Source: Eledone cirrhosa (lineage: Eukaryota). Taken from it: a stretch of DNA of 64,000 nt. The stretch lies in contig OZ024753.1 in the NCBI GenBank assembly GCA_964016885.1, forward strand, positions 6,324,001 through 6,388,000. The letters are read 5' to 3'. Positions 60,821 to 64,000 of the stretch are shown here, piece by piece. The stretch's first letter is position 1. Every line of letters begins with the position of its first letter. Both the position numbers and the translations under genes were made by a program. Below the pieces are notes generated by a model. It was not told where the DNA came from and did no database searches. It saw only the letters and a list, made by a program, of their open reading frames with translations.

Positions 60821-61196
60821 AACTTAATTGAAATATCTTATATTAATTCATTTGACCGAATATCTAAGGGTCCCTTTTTATAATACATATCTGTGAAATT
60901 GTTTACATATGAAAGTTTTCGAAACCAGTCGGTGGGTTTTACTTGTAATTCAATATACTACATTGTCGAATACTTTCATCCTGAATCTATCTAAGAAACA
61001 ATGTAATGTTACACATTTCTCTTAAATACTCCACTACTGGTTCATTAATTTCACGAGTAGGATGTTCCGTTGATCGAGCATTTTGAATATTCATCACTGG
61101 AACCAAACGAGTTTCATTTCAATTTATGAAATATTTTTAATACACACTTTTACATGTTTTCTAGATTTCATTACAAGTGGTCAATAAAAGGCATAA

Positions 61197-61592
61197 TCTT
61201 CTTCTTCTTCGTCTTCATCTTCGTCTTCTCCTTCGTCTTCTCCTTCCTCTTCTCCTTCCTCTTCTCCTTCCTCTTCTTCGTCTTCTTCTTCTTCTTGAGA
61301 GGGTTATGGGGGAAGCGCCCCCAAACGCTCCTTCGAGTGTGTCCTGTCAGAAGGAACCGTCTCCAACAGATCAAGCTGGATCCCCAGGCGAGACCAGCTA
61401 AACTCATACATAATATCTCTCCATCTTGCTCGGGCTCTACTTCTGGTTCTCCTGCCGGTTAGTTTTATCCGTAAAATCTGTCCCAAAGCATTCTCACTAC
61501 ACATCCCTATTATCGGAACTGCGATCTCTCAATTCGGAGAAGTAGCGGCGCTACTTGGAGTGACTCTCTGATAACCGAGCTACGCATACGCA
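61197..61592 (-). mobile_element. RTE LINE 3' fragment with expanded (GAA)-type tail
   Basis: GRRTRSRARARWRDIM motif; homologous to the 36876 copy. Confidence 0.8.
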
Positions 61593-62299
61593 CTCTATAG
61601 AGTAGCCTTACTTCAAAGGCATAATCGATATACATTTATTTGCTGATATCCTTTCAGAAGTGAGACACCTATATACACTTACGTTGCGGTGAGAAACAGA
61701 GTTCTTTACTTTAGTTATGCTGATCATGTTTTCTCTTGTATTCATATCACTCTACGTAACTTGGCCAGTGTCCAGTATTTCGTTCGGTATTCCCTGTATT
61801 CAGTATACGTGTACAACCCAGGAATGATGTTATAAATGTGTCTAGACTGGATAAACAAAACAGAATCTCGCTGTTTTAAAACAAAAACAATCAAAGCAAC
61901 ATCTACAATATTCGCAGAAGTTCATAACAAGGAAAAGAGAAAGATAACCATTTTGCATCGAATATTGCGATAGCAAAAACTATTATAAATGATATTACAA
62001 ATGGAAACAACAACAAAAACGATAGCAGCATTATCATAAACAACTCTTTGTCTTCTAGCTGAATTACAAATGAAAGCAGAACGGAGGATTTGTTTAATTT
62101 ATGCCCAATAAAATGTTTTTCTATATGGTCAACACAGACATCCCTAAAATATGCATTGTGTCATTTTATTTGGGACTCATTAAGTATTGGAGAATTCAAA
62201 TGTGGAGCTCATCAAGTATTAAACTTTCAACAAGAACAAGGAAGTACTAAAATCAAAATGAGTTTCCTATCATTTGAAGGCTAAGATCTTTGATACTTA

Positions 62300-62720
62300 C
62301 ATCGTACCAGTTGTGTTATATGGTCTTGACTGTGTTAATTGAACGACAAGGTAACTTCAGAAGCTCTCTACATTCCAGAACCACATTATGAGACTTATGA
62401 CTGGCAAGCGGCTCAGCGACCGTATCTGCATCAGTGAGCTGCTCAACATTACCAAACTTAGACAATTACATCAATTGTCGAGTCAAGAGTAATCAAACTA
62501 TACGGCCATATAAAAAGATCAACTCGTGGTGTGAGTAGGTTTTGCCTAGCAAGAAGGTTGGCTGGTAAGAGAAGCAGATGCCAGCAGCAAAAACGATGGC
62601 ATCATAATACCAACTTATGGGCTGGACTGGACTGGATCTTTGCTCTTTGAACTCTGCTGCCGGAGAGAGATATCACATGTGGATGCGCACTCCGCAACTG
62701 GCGGAGTTTAGCATCACAAG
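62300..62720 (+). pseudogene. Degraded RTE-like fragment
   Basis: Remnants LYG, GKRSR..Q.KRW.HN. Confidence 0.4.
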
Positions 62721-63332
62721 AATTATTGGATATTTCATATTTGGTGCTCATTAAGTATTGGAGATATCATATTTCATTGTGGTATTCCATTAGAAGATTG
62801 TTAGAAGTAGAGAGGATACTTCATATGTGGCTCTATTATCTTGAAAGATTTGTACTTAAAGTTTACGGCGAATATGGATAATAAGAGTATCACAGAAGCT
62901 GCTCAGACGGAACTTTAGGTAAAGTAAGCTAGATATTTTATAATCAATATGTAAACAACTTCGACAATAAACTCTGTATAGTGTTCTTTAACGCTATAAG
63001 CATAATACGCAACCAAACAGTTAAAACTTTACCATTATTTAATCTTAACGTCTCAGTCAGTGTAAGTCAGTTGCCAATGTTGTTGCCGAATTTTTAATAA
63101 TTGTTTTGTTTATATTTGAGTATTTAACTTTCATTCACTAGCACGCTAATTATAAGTATATTTTTGAGTTTTGTTTCTTTCGCTATATATAACAAAACTG
63201 AAGCTGCAATTCATTTCATTCGATGCGATTCAATTCAATTTATTGTTATATAAAACCACATAAGTTATGGAGAATAATTTGAGATGCAGGTGTGTCTGAA
63301 ATGTATAAATCAATTAAGTCAATCTTTCACAA

Positions 63333-63793
63333 TACAGGTAAAATTCCGTTATAACGAATACTGTTATAATGCATTTTTCAGTATAAAGAAATTTTTTTCA
63401 ATCCCTACCCCCATTCGATGTGTTAGGGCGATCTCGTTATAAAGAATTTTTCGTTACAACGAATTTTTTTTTCATACCCTTTCAAGTCCCTTATATCGGA
63501 ATTTCCAAATATATGACATGGCGACAATTATTTATGATTTCGTTGCAACGTTATGGAATTACATGGGAATAATAAATCGGGGAACGTAGGTAGTTAATAA
63601 TTAGTGGTAGAAATAAAATTCCGTTATAACGAATACCATATAACGAATTTTTCAGTACAACGAAATGTTCAATCCCTGAGGTAATATCAAACAAACGCTC
63701 GATTTGTTAGCGTAGATCTCGTTACAAAGAACTTTTTGTTTCAACGATTTTTGTTAATAACCCTCAATTTTCTTATGACAGACTTTCACTGTA
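63333..63793. mobile_element. Two adjacent Tigger/pogo-like MITE copies (~63333-63512, ~63611-63793)
   Basis: TA|cagg/gtaaaattccgttataacgaa termini, internal cgttataacga repeats, end tttcactg|TA. Confidence 0.65.
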
Positions 63794-64000
63794 TTTGTTT
63801 TATCGGGCTCCTACCAACATTGGAGCCGGAAGTATCCTCATGAAATACTTACTATGAGTCATTTTGATCTACGAATCCCTTCCTGTTCTCTACATTTGGC
63901 ATTCAATCTCGCAAAGGATAGCTTTGTGTTTTATCATTTCAAAGTAAATATAAAATGTTTCTGATCATCAGAAAATGTGCTGCCGTACTTCTTCCGAATC

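Overview
AT-rich, repeat-saturated, non-coding eukaryotic DNA with no convincing host protein-coding exon, rRNA, tRNA gene or CRISPR array. The repeat repertoire suggests an octopod cephalopod intergenic or intronic region (an inference, not database-checked). It contains about 24 copies of a tRNA-derived Meta-domain-like SINE, a CORE-like SINE, RTE, Dong/R4, Tx1, CR1-like and CRE LINE fragments, hAT/mariner/Tigger MITEs, a non-autonomous Helitron and multi-kb (TA)n/(CA)n arrays. Almost all long ORFs in the track are microsatellite artefacts. The most striking signal is a set of short, mostly fold-back inserts in or beside (TA)n tracts. They belong to several unrelated sequence families, and each carries a type-I hammerhead ribozyme core (CUGAUGA...GAAA...UH), as in Penelope-like pLTRs or retrozymes. 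Three motifs keep all core nucleotides and helix I (17206-17262, 20207-20277, 44833-44893, all minus strand), and one insert (8401) starts exactly at its family's predicted cleavage site. Other notable items: two Helitron copies carry different SINE subfamilies at the same site, a CRE-like LINE end sits inside a SINE, and a 140-bp tandem array derives from a mariner MITE. All structures were folded and aligned by eye.
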